Part shown: piece after piece, positions 49,535-57,740 of the stretch
Numbering within the stretch: the stretch's first letter is position 1
Layout: every line of letters begins with the position of its first letter
Source: a bacterium
GTDB taxonomy: Bacteria; Bacteroidota; Ignavibacteria; UBA10030
Direction: 5' to 3'
DNA length: 64,000 nt
NCBI GenBank assembly: GCA_043803945.1
Contig: JAZDJN010000111.1
Span: 11,811 to 75,810 of the forward strand
Translations under genes and position numbers: made by a program
Notes under the pieces: model-generated
Databases searched by the model: none
What the model was told of the DNA's origin: nothing
The model's input: the letters and a program-made list of their open reading frames with translations, nothing else

Positions 49535-50943
49535 GGCACTTGCTCCTCTTGATATTCTTGAAATAGTAGATGATCTCGTTCTATGCTCTGGGCAAACGTT
49601 TCGCGATCGCGCATGAGGTGATGTGATCCGGCATTGACGCCAACGATTGCCGGACGGGCAAAACCAAACGACGATTCTAGTTGTGTGAAATACGCCCCTG
49701 AGTCCATCACAGCGAGTATCTCCCCCGATCGAACAGGCGGCATCGGTTTATTTCGATATATGACATCTCCGGCAAAACAGGCGGGACCGATAAGTGTGAC
49801 TCGTTCCGTTCGTAATTTCGTGACATCATTGCAGAGAAACACTTCATGGTATTCATAGAACGTCGGCAGCGTTACGGTACTCACGCCGCCATCTGTAATC
49901 AGCCATGTTCCCACCCCTTCGCGTGTCTTCATCCGATGGACTGTTAAGAGTAATAGTTGATTGGGGCTGACAATGCAGCGGCCGGGCTCATACAGTAGTT
50001 CAGGCAATTCTCCGGTCGGAAACGATGAAATAACAGCATCCGAGATCGCACGAGTAAAATCAATAAAGTCTGACGAGTGTTTCTGCAGATCCAGAGTTGG
50101 AAGTGTTCCAAATGCCTGGTAGAGCAACATTTCGAGAGAGTTGAACTCCCGACTCGTGCTGGAGGCGAATCCTCCTCCGACATCAAGCACCCGGACACGC
50201 ATGTCGTGATCTTGAATCCGTTCAAGAAGCGAGGGTAAACATCTTAATGCATTCACATAGTCGGCAGGACGGGTAATTCCCGTTCCGATATGAAAATGGA
50301 GTCCACGAAACGAGAGACTGCGATTCTGCTCAAGCATCACCAGCGCATTTTCGATCTCGCTCCCTTTCAGGTCGAATCCGAATGCGCATCCTTTCCTGCT
50401 TCCTGTGGCTGATCCGTCATTCATCCCTTTGGGAACATAATCCGGATTAATCCGAAGGAGAATATTCACAGCCGCATCCTCCTGGTCGGCGATGCGCTGC
50501 AGCGCTTCAAGTTCCTCAAGAGAATCAACAATAATGAGCTTTGCTCCCGCACAGACACATTGGTGCAGAAACTCATCAGTTTTGCATGGCCCATTGACAA
50601 TGATCTCCTCTTCCTGAAATCCTGCTTTCTGTGCCAATTCCAATTCGAAGGGCGTCATTACCTCCGCGTGCAATCCTGCCTGTTGAAGAATGTGAATGAC
50701 ACCAGGTACACCGTTGCATTTAAACGGATAATGCACTGTTACTTTTCCCGGATAGCTTTGCTCGGCACTTTCGCGGAATTTGAGTGCAGTTTCATAAAGC
50801 CGTTGCTCGTGGACAATATGGAGTGGTGTTCCATACTCTTCTGCCAACGCGAGCGTCCGGATACCATCCATCACTAATTCACCTGCTTCGTTGGTTTGGA
50901 GTCCCCAGGCTTGAGGATGTATTGTTGTTGTCATGATCGTCAC
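49531..50943 (-). CDS. PLP-dependent fold-III decarboxylase (Orn/DAP/Arg family)
   Basis: YPFKCN, HFHIG, DVGGG, EPGR, GPACFAGD and GAY. Confidence 0.88.
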   Translation of the reverse strand: MTIMTTTIHPQAWGLQTNEAGELVMDGIRTLALAEEYGTPLHIVHEQRLYETALKFRESAEQSYPGKVTVHYPFKCNGVPGVIHILQQAGLHAEVMTPFELELAQKAGFQEEEIIVNGPCKTDEFLHQCVCAGAKLIIVDSLEELEALQRIADQEDAAVNILLRINPDYVPKGMNDGSATGSRKGCAFGFDLKGSEIENALVMLEQNRSLSFRGLHFHIGTGITRPADYVNALRCLPSLLERIQDHDMRVRVLDVGGGFASSTSREFNSLEMLLYQAFGTLPTLDLQKHSSDFIDFTRAISDAVISSFPTGELPELLYEPGRCIVSPNQLLLLTVHRMKTREGVGTWLITDGGVSTVTLPTFYEYHEVFLCNDVTKLRTERVTLIGPACFAGDVIYRNKPMPPVRSGEILAVMDSGAYFTQLESSFGFARPAIVGVNAGSHHLMRDRETFAQSIERDHLLFQEYQEEQVP

Positions 50944-50971
50944 CTGTGAAAAATTTCTACTCCATAATACC

Positions 50972-52150
50972 TTATGAAACTCCTTCGGTTGTCACAGATT
51001 TGTCATGATGCTGTAAAACTCCCGTTGCCTGTTTCACCGCACAAAGCTCCTTCCGGTAGATGGCAAACTCCTTATCCCGTTCAAGACCAAGATGCTCGGC
51101 TGCACGAAGGGCGAGAAGATTCTCGTCGCTCATCCAGGTGGTTTCAAGAGTCTGGTAGTGCAATGCAATCTTCACCATCTCCTGTAAAAGGAGTCGATAG
51201 ATACGTGAACCTTGATAATGCTTTTTAATACCCACAGCGTAGATGAGAAGGTTTCGTACACATCTTCGTTCCTGGAGAAAGCGGAAATATTTCAGTGTAC
51301 CTACACGGCCATCCAATTTTTTTAGGAGTGGATTGATATCCAACACACATTCAAGAACGCCCACCGGCTGGTGTTTATATTCCACAATGATGATTAACTC
51401 CGGTAATGTCACCAGATCAAGATATTTTGCAGAGAAGTCATACTCTTCTTTACTGAGGGGGAGGAAATACCAGTTCTCCGAAAATGCATCGTTGAATACT
51501 TCCCGAATCCGTTCCAGCTCATTCTGTAAATCCTTTTTGTGAAATGTTCGGACGGTGAAGTCAGGTAATTTTTTTGACTCTAATAAGTCGCCATACCGAC
51601 GACGAACATACCCGGCGATATCAGTATTTTTCCTGGTATGGAGGTTTTTAGAGACACGAAATCCAGCTTGTTCCATCAGCATCGGGTAGTAGGATGGATT
51701 ATAGGGTTGGAAGAACGCAGGAGCGTCCCCGAACTTATTGATCTGCATCCCCAATTCAGAATAGTGATTGGGATTGAATGGCCCTTCGAGCGTATTGATT
51801 CCCTTCGCTCGACATAACTGTTCAACATGCTGAAACAGGTTGCAGACAGCGTGGATGTCATTGAAGGACTCAAAGAATCCAAAGAATGCCGTTCGTTGCC
51901 CGAATCGCTCCCAGTGTGAATGATTCACTACTACAGCACAACGCGAGACAGGCACATCGTCATGATAACAGACGACGAGACAGACTTCCCCCCGTGCAAA
52001 GTAGGGATTGCGCTCAGGATCGAGTACTCTGCGCACTTCCGAGTGAAGCGGTGGAATCCAGTTCTGATCCCCTTGATAAATCAATCGGGGAAGCTGCAGA
52101 AAATCGTTCATCGATCGACGATTGTCGACTCTTCGAGTAGTATAGGACAT
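50972..52150 (-). CDS. YghO-like GNAT-fold protein (family that includes bacterial ceramide synthase)
   Basis: LP.LIY..D.NWIPPL, NPYF, FGFFES, GPFN, PYNP.YY and FNDAF..NW. Confidence 0.72.
   Translation of the reverse strand: MSYTTRRVDNRRSMNDFLQLPRLIYQGDQNWIPPLHSEVRRVLDPERNPYFARGEVCLVVCYHDDVPVSRCAVVVNHSHWERFGQRTAFFGFFESFNDIHAVCNLFQHVEQLCRAKGINTLEGPFNPNHYSELGMQINKFGDAPAFFQPYNPSYYPMLMEQAGFRVSKNLHTRKNTDIAGYVRRRYGDLLESKKLPDFTVRTFHKKDLQNELERIREVFNDAFSENWYFLPLSKEEYDFSAKYLDLVTLPELIIIVEYKHQPVGVLECVLDINPLLKKLDGRVGTLKYFRFLQERRCVRNLLIYAVGIKKHYQGSRIYRLLLQEMVKIALHYQTLETTWMSDENLLALRAAEHLGLERDKEFAIYRKELCAVKQATGVLQHHDKSVTTEGVS
50990..51005. promoter_or_regulatory. TGTCA-N6-TGTCA direct repeat (OmpR/PhoB-type site) upstream of the decarboxylase gene
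   Basis: TGTCAcagattTGTCA. Confidence 0.55.
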
Positions 52151-54012
52151 GGTGTGTGCTCTTTCGAAATTCGTTCAACGACATAGTTATCATAGATGAA
52201 TGAACAATCAACGTTATGGAGTTCTCTCGCCAGCCTCCGATCCGACAAGAGAACATCTTGAAGAGACGATGGCCGCTCACGATACACAAGGAGGTTCCGG
52301 TATGTCATCACCGCACCCTCCCTTCCCACGCGGACAGAAGATCGCAGGAGCTGCTCATACGCGGCATCAGGCATCCATTCAAAAATATTTGTGAAATTGA
52401 ACCTGGTAATGCAGGAGTCAGGAAGCGTGGAGAAGTAATGTTCACAGGTGTCAGTCATCGTTTCGATCCGATCTAAACGCTCACGTATGGTTTCGTTATT
52501 CTCCGGGCGAAGATAGAGAGGTAATGCTCTCGCGTTCGGATAGGTGCCAAGCAGGATGTATGACAGGAAGTTGTTCTCTTGGAGCGGCAGCAGCGTGAGT
52601 GCCTGCTTCACTTTTGCAGAAAAATTCCTACCGAATGAGAACGACCGATCCAGATAGCGGAAGAATGCCTTATCGAAGAGGAGCGACATGAAGCTTCTAC
52701 TCAAGAGCACCGTTGTAAAGACCCACCAAAGAGGTCCCTCCCATCGACTGCGAAAGAGAGCAACCCGCTCCTCAACACTCTCAGATGAAAAAAATCCTGC
52801 AAGAGTCTTCTTTCCGATGATACAGTAAAGAAAGATCCTGAGCAGTTTCATGTATCGTTCAAAAAGGCCGCAGTGGAGTATACCATATTCAATTTTTTTT
52901 CTTTGAGTATCCCAGTAGTTCCGACTGGTCTCATTCAGAAAGTGTCGCACGTTGAGGTACTGCTCATAGCGTACTTCAGATCGATGCACTCCAATAAATT
53001 CGAGCAATTCATTATGCGACAGCGCTTTGAATGCCGCGATCTTTAGTTCGAGAAGGTGGTTTTGACAGGGATTGATATCGAGTGCGATCACCTTCGCCGG
53101 ATTATCAAGCAGAAATGCAAGGGCATTGCATCCTCCTGAAGTAATCGTGAACACGATGTCTCCTTCGGTAATCTGGAATGCTTTCCGGTCGAGCTGTGGA
53201 TCCTCCCAGCACTGGGCATACAGGATATCCTGGAACACACGATTCGACCGGCCTATAGATTTGGCTTCTTGTTGTTCTCTGTTCTCCTCCCGTACGGCCA
53301 GTCCTTTTTTTGTATGGTGCACAGCCCAATCGAACACTGCCGGAAGACCGATGAGCACAGCGTAAAAGAATTCTCCGGTGTAGGATGCAACGAGACATCC
53401 CGGTATAAACAGAACGTAGAGCGCATTGTATCGGAAACCATCCCAGTTGATACTGAATTCATGGAGAGCATTCCCCAACGACCTGAAGCTTCGTACAGTG
53501 GGCATAAGCCGTGGGACCGTTCTGTAATATACTTCAAAGTCCTTTTTGAACGCACTCTGTAATGAACGCTCCTCATACTGAATAATCTGAATGTAATGGA
53601 GAGTGAAAAGGAGTGGGAGAATCATTCCAGGATAGGGTAAACAAAGGCTGAAGGCACACATCGCGAGAAGGTCGGCAAGGTAAATTGGATTGCGTACGAT
53701 GCGATAGGGACCTTTTCCAAGAAGCCTGTCGCTTTGAATGCGAAAGGCCATGATCCGTTCCGATTGAAGAATTGTTCCCGCCCACATGCGGAGCAATGAT
53801 GATATGGCTAGAAGAAATGCAGCACAAGAAAATCCGAGCGAGGTTGAAAGTGGAACCGATACTCCAAAGAATGCTCCGAGTTGGGTGGATAAGGTTGGAA
53901 GCGATGCGTACCATCCATAACACAATGAACAGACAACCAGGACGATTAGCAGCGAAATGAAAATTCGTGCTTCAAATTCCCATCGTTGCAGAGTATAAAG
54001 AATCTGTTTCAT
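52108..54012 (-). CDS. Fusion of a PEMT/ICMT-type membrane methyltransferase and a DUF3419 (BtaA-like) aminocarboxypropyl transferase
   Basis: N-terminal TMs with GPY..VRNP.Y and EE..L...F...Y...VPR; C-terminal YAQCWEDP..D, TSGGCN, DINP.Q..LLELK, NIFEW and Y.N. Confidence 0.82.
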   Translation of the reverse strand: MKQILYTLQRWEFEARIFISLLIVLVVCSLCYGWYASLPTLSTQLGAFFGVSVPLSTSLGFSCAAFLLAISSLLRMWAGTILQSERIMAFRIQSDRLLGKGPYRIVRNPIYLADLLAMCAFSLCLPYPGMILPLLFTLHYIQIIQYEERSLQSAFKKDFEVYYRTVPRLMPTVRSFRSLGNALHEFSINWDGFRYNALYVLFIPGCLVASYTGEFFYAVLIGLPAVFDWAVHHTKKGLAVREENREQQEAKSIGRSNRVFQDILYAQCWEDPQLDRKAFQITEGDIVFTITSGGCNALAFLLDNPAKVIALDINPCQNHLLELKIAAFKALSHNELLEFIGVHRSEVRYEQYLNVRHFLNETSRNYWDTQRKKIEYGILHCGLFERYMKLLRIFLYCIIGKKTLAGFFSSESVEERVALFRSRWEGPLWWVFTTVLLSRSFMSLLFDKAFFRYLDRSFSFGRNFSAKVKQALTLLPLQENNFLSYILLGTYPNARALPLYLRPENNETIRERLDRIETMTDTCEHYFSTLPDSCITRFNFTNIFEWMPDAAYEQLLRSSVRVGREGAVMTYRNLLVYRERPSSLQDVLLSDRRLARELHNVDCSFIYDNYVVERISKEHTPCPILLEESTIVDR

Positions 54013-54021
54013 GATAGCCTC

Positions 54022-54957
54022 CTAATTTGGACAACAAATTTGTAGAGCTGATGGAACCACCTCCACTGTACAGGGAGTGGTACCGAGGAGTTCTCCATCT
54101 GCTTCGATAAGGACTTTCTCTGGTGATTCAATATGGAGTGAAGTGCTGCGGCGATAACTAAACCATGGGCAAGCGACATGCGAACCCGAATAAATGCGCG
54201 GGAAACTTGAGAGACGTTGCAGAATGGACAAATCACGCATCATCACGATATCCAATATACCGTCATCGGGTTGCGCATACGGTGCGAGATTCATTCCACC
54301 GCCTGTGAACGCACCGTTCGCGATAACAACTCCGGTAAAAGAATCGGTGATCCTATCGTACGTTCCACTTGTAAGGGTGAGGAGTTGGTTTTTATGGCTG
54401 AAGACACTCTGAATTGTGCCTAGACCAAATCCGAAGGATCCCCCCAGGCGCTTGTACTGAGTCCCAACTCGTTTGACGACACTTCCACCAATACCCAGTT
54501 GACATTCATTGATGAAATATTTGCTGGCTTTGGTATCAGATGCGGTCGTATACTCAATCTTAGCGGCATCATACCAACGTGCACGCCCCCCTGCGATCAA
54601 GGCAAATTGATCTTCGAGAGAAAGAGGCAATCCGATGCTTTGGGCAAAACCATGTCCCGTGCCGCTGCTAATGATTCCAAGCTCGCAACGATGAGTATTA
54701 TCCCGCCCACTTGTCATCAAGCCGTTAAGCACTTCATGGATTGTCCCATCACCGCCGACGACAATGATTAATCCGGCACCAGTGGATATAACCTCTTTCG
54801 TCAATTCTTCTGCATGACCCTTAGTATCGGTGCAATGCATTGTCCACCCGGATCCAACATACCGCGTCGCAAGGGTTGAAATCTCTTTCTTCTTCGAAGC
54901 GGTTTTTCCACCGGCAGAGGCAGGATTGAGAATAATATGTATCGATCTACTATTCAT
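54022..54957 (-). CDS. Diacylglycerol/sphingosine kinase family lipid kinase
   Basis: ILNPAS, GGDGT, GTG, N...GGG...AP and ADGE. Confidence 0.85.
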   Translation of the reverse strand: MNSRSIHIILNPASAGGKTASKKKEISTLATRYVGSGWTMHCTDTKGHAEELTKEVISTGAGLIIVVGGDGTIHEVLNGLMTSGRDNTHRCELGIISSGTGHGFAQSIGLPLSLEDQFALIAGGRARWYDAAKIEYTTASDTKASKYFINECQLGIGGSVVKRVGTQYKRLGGSFGFGLGTIQSVFSHKNQLLTLTSGTYDRITDSFTGVVIANGAFTGGGMNLAPYAQPDDGILDIVMMRDLSILQRLSSFPRIYSGSHVACPWFSYRRSTSLHIESPEKVLIEADGELLGTTPCTVEVVPSALQICCPN

Positions 54958-54979
54958 GATTTCTCCTGATGACTAAACG

Positions 54980-55084
54980 TTATTGAGACGACCATTGCAG
55001 ATACTCTGCGATCTTTCGCATTGAGATCACGACGAAGGCCAGAAGCAACACAGCAGCAAAACCGATTAGCATCCACAGTAACAT
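54980..55084 (-). CDS. Small single-TM protein (34 aa, MLLWMLIGFAAVLLLAFVVISMRKIAEYLQWSSQ)
   Basis: AAGAGG RBS, hydrophobic helix followed by RK, first position in the operon; below the ORF-track cutoff. Confidence 0.55.
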   Translation of the reverse strand: MLLWMLIGFAAVLLLAFVVISMRKIAEYLQWSSQ

Positions 55085-55131
55085 AACCATCCTCTTTTTG
55101 ATACAAGGATACTAGTTGCAGAAGAGAGTGT

Positions 55132-55158
55132 TGTCACAGAAATGTCAAGGAAGTGTAA
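55132..55158. promoter_or_regulatory. TGTCA-N6-TGTCA-N6-TGTAA site at the lipid-operon promoter
   Basis: 11-bp periodic half-sites; on the minus strand the proximal GTGACA lies 17 nt from TAGTAT. Confidence 0.7.
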
Positions 55159-55318
55159 AAGAAGAATTGTTTGTACTGGAACTCCCTTCACGCTCTGAAC
55201 TTGATGTGGCGCTTCCCAACCCACCGGTGAAGGAGAGTTCAAGATTCCCTTTTTTAAATTGTGCGGCAGCTACAACGTTTAATACAACCATCAGCAGAAG
55301 TATCTTTGTGAGTTTCAT
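55145..55318 (-). pseudogene. Truncated outer-membrane beta-barrel-like gene (57 aa remnant)
   Basis: RBS, signal peptide and AQFKKGNLELSFTGG first strand, then a stop inside the regulatory repeat. Confidence 0.5.
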
Positions 55319-55340
55319 ATAAACCATCCTTTCATTTAAA

Positions 55341-55943
55341 TTATTGCATTCCAATACGAATACTAGCTCCTGCACCAAGGATAGGAGTAATAGGATTAAG
55401 ATTGGCATGTCCATAAATACCGAATCCGATATATGGACAAGGTTGCCAGAGATATTGCGCTTCCAACGCCAGACCAATTGTATGATAGTCGCTCGAATAG
55501 TGAGGGACTGAAGAGAAGCTGTTCAAAGGATTGATGTCCCAGCCAATCCACGAACTTCCTTTTTGAGTGATCTTTTCACCCCGTTTCAGGCCAGTAAGAT
55601 ATCCCAGCCCTACTCCGAAAGAGGGAGAAAGATGACCCTTCTGACGGGTGATTCAGTAGAGGAAGGCAATTTCTTCTGAGCTCTCTAAGGGCATATCAAG
55701 CCTTCCGATCTGCAATTCTTTACTCTTACAGTATCGAAACGTTATTGTGGTTGAGTGTACTTGCAACGAAAGAATCGCAATTCTGGAAGACGATGCGAAG
55801 CCTCCTTTGAGCTTCGTTACTAAACCAACAGGGCTGTAGATTGCTTCAATCGATAATCGGTTTTGCTGTACTGAATCCTGGGCGAGTACCGAAGTGAAAA
55901 CCATTCCAAGGATTAGAAGTATTAAAAGACTGATCTGTTTCAT
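55341..55943 (-). pseudogene. Secreted/outer-membrane protein interrupted by an in-frame TGA at 55653-55655
   Basis: MKQISLL signal peptide; the frame continues open past the TGA into ORF 55341-55526 with amphipathic beta-strands. Confidence 0.68.
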
Positions 55944-55994
55944 AGGATCTCCTTCGTTCTTTGACTCCAACTTATATTCTTACTCTATCAGATT

Positions 55995-56021
55995 TGTCAT
56001 AAAATTGTCAAAGAGAGGTCA
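55995..56021. promoter_or_regulatory. TGTCA-N6-TGTCA-N6-GGTCA site
   Basis: TGTCAtaaaatTGTCAaagagaGGTCA about 50 nt upstream of ATG 55943. Confidence 0.68.
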
Positions 56022-56204
56022 AAGGTTTTCGAAGCATAATAGGCATTTTCCCATTCGCTATATCGCTCCACTCCCCTTGTATCACTGCTTGAAAAGACCT
56101 CATCTGTGCTCCAACCCAAAAACACCACACCCCATAAACTTTTAAGTCTACGGGGTGTGACAGAATCTCTGGGTCTCAGTGTTCGGAGAGACCTCCCGGA
56201 GAAG

Positions 56205-56762
56205 TTATTTAAGCGCTCCTGCAATTGCATAACCAAAGATGAACGAGACACGATTACCGGCTGGACTTGTTGCAAAGGCTAGATTAACAGGAATGCTGAC
56301 ACCTCCATAATTGATGGATTTTCCTACGGCAACCACAAGAGAAGTGTTCACTCCTTTTTCTCCACCGAGAATTACATTCGGTCCCATTCCAAACTCATAG
56401 CCGCTGGGAAGACGAATTCCCATAGCCAGCGTGGCACTGGGAATAACCAATCCATATTCAACGCCTCCCAGGAACGGAACTCCCTGAATGACAAATGATG
56501 GACCGCCGCCTTCAGGAATAAGCTGGTACTCAAAATGCCAACCGAACTGGCTAATGATTGAGCCTACCTTCCTGTCCTTTAGTTTCCGAACGATCTCGGT
56601 GTTCCCTGGAATGTAGGTGACACCCAGTCGAGGACCTCCGAGATTTCGCTCAGCAAAGGATACCTCATTGGGATACACGGCTGCTTGTGCCTTTACACTT
56701 TGAAGAGAGCACGTAAGAGCAATCGCTACCAGAAGCAGTGTTGTGAAGAATGATGTTTTCAT
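56205..56762 (-). CDS. Hypothetical exported protein
   Basis: GGAGG RBS, signal peptide, GPRLGVT and QFGWHFE, beta-rich. Confidence 0.7.
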   Translation of the reverse strand: MKTSFFTTLLLVAIALTCSLQSVKAQAAVYPNEVSFAERNLGGPRLGVTYIPGNTEIVRKLKDRKVGSIISQFGWHFEYQLIPEGGGPSFVIQGVPFLGGVEYGLVIPSATLAMGIRLPSGYEFGMGPNVILGGEKGVNTSLVVAVGKSINYGGVSIPVNLAFATSPAGNRVSFIFGYAIAGALK

Positions 56763-56833
56763 GATGACCTCCAAAATAAGTGAGAGTGATTGTTGATTAC
56801 CGGACTACCGGTTCATTGTTGTGTAAACTTACT

Positions 56834-56878
56834 TGTAACGGAATTGTAAAGTGTCACGAAATTGTCAAAGTACAGTCA
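56834..56878. promoter_or_regulatory. Cluster of 11-bp periodic direct repeats (TGTAA-N6-TGTAA; TGTCA-N6-TGTCA-N6-AGTCA)
   Basis: Half-sites at 56834, 56845, 56852, 56863 and 56874. Confidence 0.65.
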
Positions 56879-56940
56879 GAGAATGATCACGCACTATTTC
56901 CAACTGCCGGGTGCAAGATGGGCAGAGCTATGAAAAGAAT

Positions 56941-56967
56941 TGTCACAGAAATGTCATAAGAAGGTAA
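56941..56967. promoter_or_regulatory. TGTCA-N6-TGTCA-N6-GGTAA site
   Basis: TGTCAcagaaaTGTCA identical to the core at 55132. Confidence 0.65.
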
Positions 56968-57059
56968 TTCTTCATACAGTATGAACAGAGATGATGAGGG
57001 GAATCAGCGAATGAAAGGGATGTCGTTATATCATCGATGCCAATTTTCTCAGCATTCAC

Positions 57060-57740
57060 CTAGCGGCATAATTTATAGCCGGCGGTATGAATGGTCACAA
57101 GATGTTTTGGTTTAGCAGGATTGATTTCAATTTTTTTTCTAATCGAGAGGATGTAGTTATCCACCGTTCGCGTGCTTGGTGTTACTTCGAATCCCCACAC
57201 GTCATCGAGCAACTGTGCGCGAGAGATTACTTCGCCTTCGTGTTGCACAAAATATTTCAACAGCTCAAATTCTTTAGAACTGAGTTTCAGTTGCTTATTT
57301 CCACGTGCAGCTTCCTGCTTCTTGAAATCGACATGGACTTGTCCAATATCGGTCTCATCAATTTCGCTTTGTACCTCAGTTTGGCGCCGGAGCAGTGCTT
57401 TTACCCGTGCAATCAGTTCTTTGATACTGAACGGTTTTGTGACATAGTCATCGGCACCCAGTTCCAATCCGAGGACTTTATCAACCTCCTCTCCTCTGCC
57501 GGTCAGCATAATAATGGGAGTCTGGACTCCTGCGGTACGCAACTGTTTACAGACATCGAATCCATTGATCCCTGGAAGCATCACATCCAGAATAATGAGA
57601 TCGAACTTCTTTCGCTTTCCCATCATCAATCCCTCAGTTCCATCGGATGATGCTGAAATCTCGAAATGTTCCGCCTGGAGATTATCTTTCAAACCGCGGA
57701 GAATGGCCGTATCGTCTTCAACGATGAGGATTTTCTTCAT
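57060..57740 (-). CDS. OmpR/PhoB-family response regulator
   Basis: VEDD, LDVMLP, GADDYVTKPF and winged helix RTVDNYI..IRKKIE, GYK. Confidence 0.95.
   Translation of the reverse strand: MKKILIVEDDTAILRGLKDNLQAEHFEISASSDGTEGLMMGKRKKFDLIILDVMLPGINGFDVCKQLRTAGVQTPIIMLTGRGEEVDKVLGLELGADDYVTKPFSIKELIARVKALLRRQTEVQSEIDETDIGQVHVDFKKQEAARGNKQLKLSSKEFELLKYFVQHEGEVISRAQLLDDVWGFEVTPSTRTVDNYILSIRKKIEINPAKPKHLVTIHTAGYKLCR

Noticed and set aside
55653-55655. TGA as selenocysteine or a reassigned Gly/Trp codon
   Set aside because: Many intact genes here end in TGA, the context is not a redox motif and no SECIS-like hairpin was evident; a point mutation or sequencing error is simpler.
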